Below, piece by piece: positions 61,695 to 64,000 of a stretch of DNA of 64,000 bases (position 1 is its first letter; the number at the start of each line of letters is the position of its first letter). The notes beneath the pieces were generated by a model. That model had not been told where the DNA came from and did not search any database. It saw only the letters and a program-made list of their open reading frames with translations. The stretch is from Malacoraja senta. Its lineage: Eukaryota. The position numbers and the translations under genes are program-made. The stretch lies in assembly GCA_038087875.1 (NCBI GenBank), contig CM075995.1:3288001-3352000 (forward strand), given 5' to 3'.

Positions 61695-62614
61695 ACCGAA
61701 GATAGGTATAAACTGCTGAAGTAACTCAGGGGATCGGGCAGCATCTCTGAAGGTAAAAGATGCGTGATGTTTCGGGTCGGAACTCTTCTACAAAATGAAA
61801 GTAGAAGTGGGGAAGGGGGCGATATAAACTGGAGATAGGAAAAGGCCAGAACAAATCAGGATTCTGATTTTAGGTATCTGTCCTGAGATGTATTTGGACA
61901 TTGAGCGGTTATGGGGAGAAGGTGAGGGATTGGGGTTAGAAGGGGGAGATAGACCAGTCATGATTGAATGGCAGAGTAGACTTGATGAGCCGAATAGCCT
62001 AATTCTACTCTTATCACCTGTGAACTTAACAACTTTCCATGAGAATTACTTTGGCCCAGCGAAAATGTTTCAATATTGATGTCCCACGTTCATAATGTGG
62101 GTGAATATATAATTCAATAGAACCACTTGCCAGACTCAAAATGAAGTAAATGATGTCATTGTAACTATTGACATTATGTTGAATCACCTGTTATCTTTGT
62201 TCTTAAGAGTATAAAAACTTGATGTACCTTGAGTTTGGAAAATACTCTACTGTGTTTCTCCCAGGCGACAGGCTTCCCTCAGTGTCTCCATGGGAATGCC
62301 AGCTTGTTGTGTTGTTTAAGTGTTCTTTTACATCTACAGCCAGCGCATGGTGGCACAGAGATAGATAGATTCTTGATTACTACGGGTGTCAGGGGTTATG
62401 GGGGGAAGGCAGGAGAATGGGGTTAGGAGGGAGAGATAGATCAGCCATGATTGAATGGCAGAGTAGATTGAAGGGCCAAATGCCCTAATTCTTCTCCTAT
62501 CATTTATGACCTTATGACCTTAAAGGGATAATGGTGGTGCAGTGGTAGTGTTGCTGCCTTACAGCGCCAGAGACCTGGGTTCAATCCTGACTATGGGTGC
62601 TGGCTGTATGAAGT

Positions 62615-64000
62615 GGTACCCGGACGGGACGCCAAAGGACGAGAAGCCGGACGGACACAACGCCGAAAGGACATGAAACCGAATGGAAACGACACCGAAA
62701 GGACACGAAGACGAACAGACACAGCGCCGAATGGACAAGACGCAAAACGGACATGGTGTCGAAAAGCCACCGAACGGACACGACATCTCCGGGGATGGGA
62801 TTGGTCCGACACCTTGTCAGTTATCGACAAAGGTCAGCGATTGGTCCAGACCCCTACATCGATCACATCACTGGCCAGGGGGAGGGTGGGGGGAGGAGCT
62901 TGAGCTTACGTTTGTGAAATAATGACAGTGACTCCAAGCTGCTGCGATTGCCACAGAGGCTTTTCGACGTCACGTTCGTTCCCCGTCAGGTTTTAAGCCG
63001 AAAAATAATCTGACACCGAATGTCAAAAAGTTGAAAAAAAAATCGTACTTATCGAAAAGCAAACAATTATGAATTTCTGTGAATCCCAGACATCGAAAAG
63101 CTGAAAAACAACTTTACATATCGAAAAGGAAACAAATATAATTGTTTAATCCCTCAGGTAGGGGGTTAATAATAATCGACTTGTTTACTTTCTGAGAACC
63201 CTTTTAGTTTGACCATGGATTTCGTTAAAACAACACGTGGTGGCAGGAAGCTCCTTCTCAAATGTTACACATACGTTGTGGGCCAAAAGGATAATGAAAC
63301 CACATACTGGAGGTGTGAGGAACGTAAAGAATGTAATGGTAGAATTAGAACTATAAACGATACTGAGCAGGGTATTGCTTCAAATCATTCACACCCTCGT
63401 AATGGTGCTCGTAATTGTGATTTGAAAGTTTTGAACAGTCTGAAAACTCAAGCTGAGCATACAGGAAGAGGTCACAAGCAGTGTAGTTAATAATATCACG
63501 GAAGAACTACCACTTAGTGTTGCTGGAGCCCAGCCTAAGAGAGAAACACCAGGAAGAATGGTAAGAAGAGCAAGAAATGTAGACACGAGTGAAGATTTGA
63601 GTACAACAACACGAGGGGAAAACTTTCGAAAGTATGAAAGTACCACTGTAATTATTTTATCGACAGAGAAGAATTTTGAACTTTGATCCAAAAAGCAAAC
63701 ATGGTTTAGCGACGGCACATTTGACTCTACCCCCCTAGGAAAGCAACTCTATACTATACACGCGATTGTTTCAGAAAGGAAAACCTTGCCATTCGTGTAT
63801 TGGGTTGCAAGCAACAAGGAAGAGAAAACATACGACAACATTTTAAAGTTTTTGAAAGATAAAGGAGTTCCTGTTCCAACTTCGATAACGATTGACTTTG
63901 AAAAAGCAGCAATTAATAGTATGAAAAAGAACTTCCCAAACACGTCAATTTATGGTTGCTTCTTTCATTTTGGCCAATGTCTATGGTGAAATATTCAAGC
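62615..64000 (+). mobile_element. Mutator-like (MULE, FLYWCH/Phantom-type) DNA transposon, left part
   Basis: Interrupts an HE1 SINE near 62615. Subterminal 15-16-bp repeats GGACAC(A/G)ACGCCGAA (62620-62785). A transposase follows. Confidence 0.88.
63215..64000 (+). pseudogene. FLYWCH zinc finger plus MULE DDE transposase, disrupted
   Basis: LLLKCYTY...YWRCEERKECNG...NHSH (FLYWCH). WFSDGTF...QLYTIH...LPFVY...ITIDFEKAAIN...FP...GCFFHFGQCLW (MULE). Frameshift near 63465 and TGA stops at 63684 and 63987. Confidence 0.9.

Overview
Eukaryotic, very repeat-dense DNA. The repeat complement (HE1-type tRNA V-SINEs with (TAAAC)n tails, several CR1 families, Rex1/Babar LINEs, Penelope-like elements) points to a cartilaginous fish, most likely a skate or ray; this is inferred from repeat families only. 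I cannot support any host protein-coding exon, so the window looks intergenic or deep intronic. Almost every ORF in the track is a transposon remnant, an antisense shadow or a microsatellite artefact. Supported elements: a Gypsy integrase end plus 3' LTR (1-1061); a long CR1 with esterase ORF1 and EN/RT ORF2 (8077-11420, minus); a full-length but decayed DIRS1-type tyrosine-recombinase retrotransposon with intact ITR/ICR architecture (23489-27876); a probable non-autonomous Helitron carrying two minisatellites; two hAT MITEs and one long-TIR MITE; three solo LTRs; Tx1/L1, Vingi/Ingi and L2/Crack fragments; a FLYWCH-MULE transposon running off the right edge; and a 200-N gap. The most interesting signal is catalytic RNA carried by retroelements. 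(i) A ~180-bp SINE-like element (about 49801-49978, minus) begins with a hand-foldable HDV/CPEB3-like ribozyme. (ii) Two short RTE-derived elements have an HDV-like 5' fold. (iii) Many Penelope termini carry a minimal hammerhead core, including a tandem pair 579 nt apart that resembles a retrozyme. Local inverted and direct duplications are also present. All folds and alignments were done by eye.
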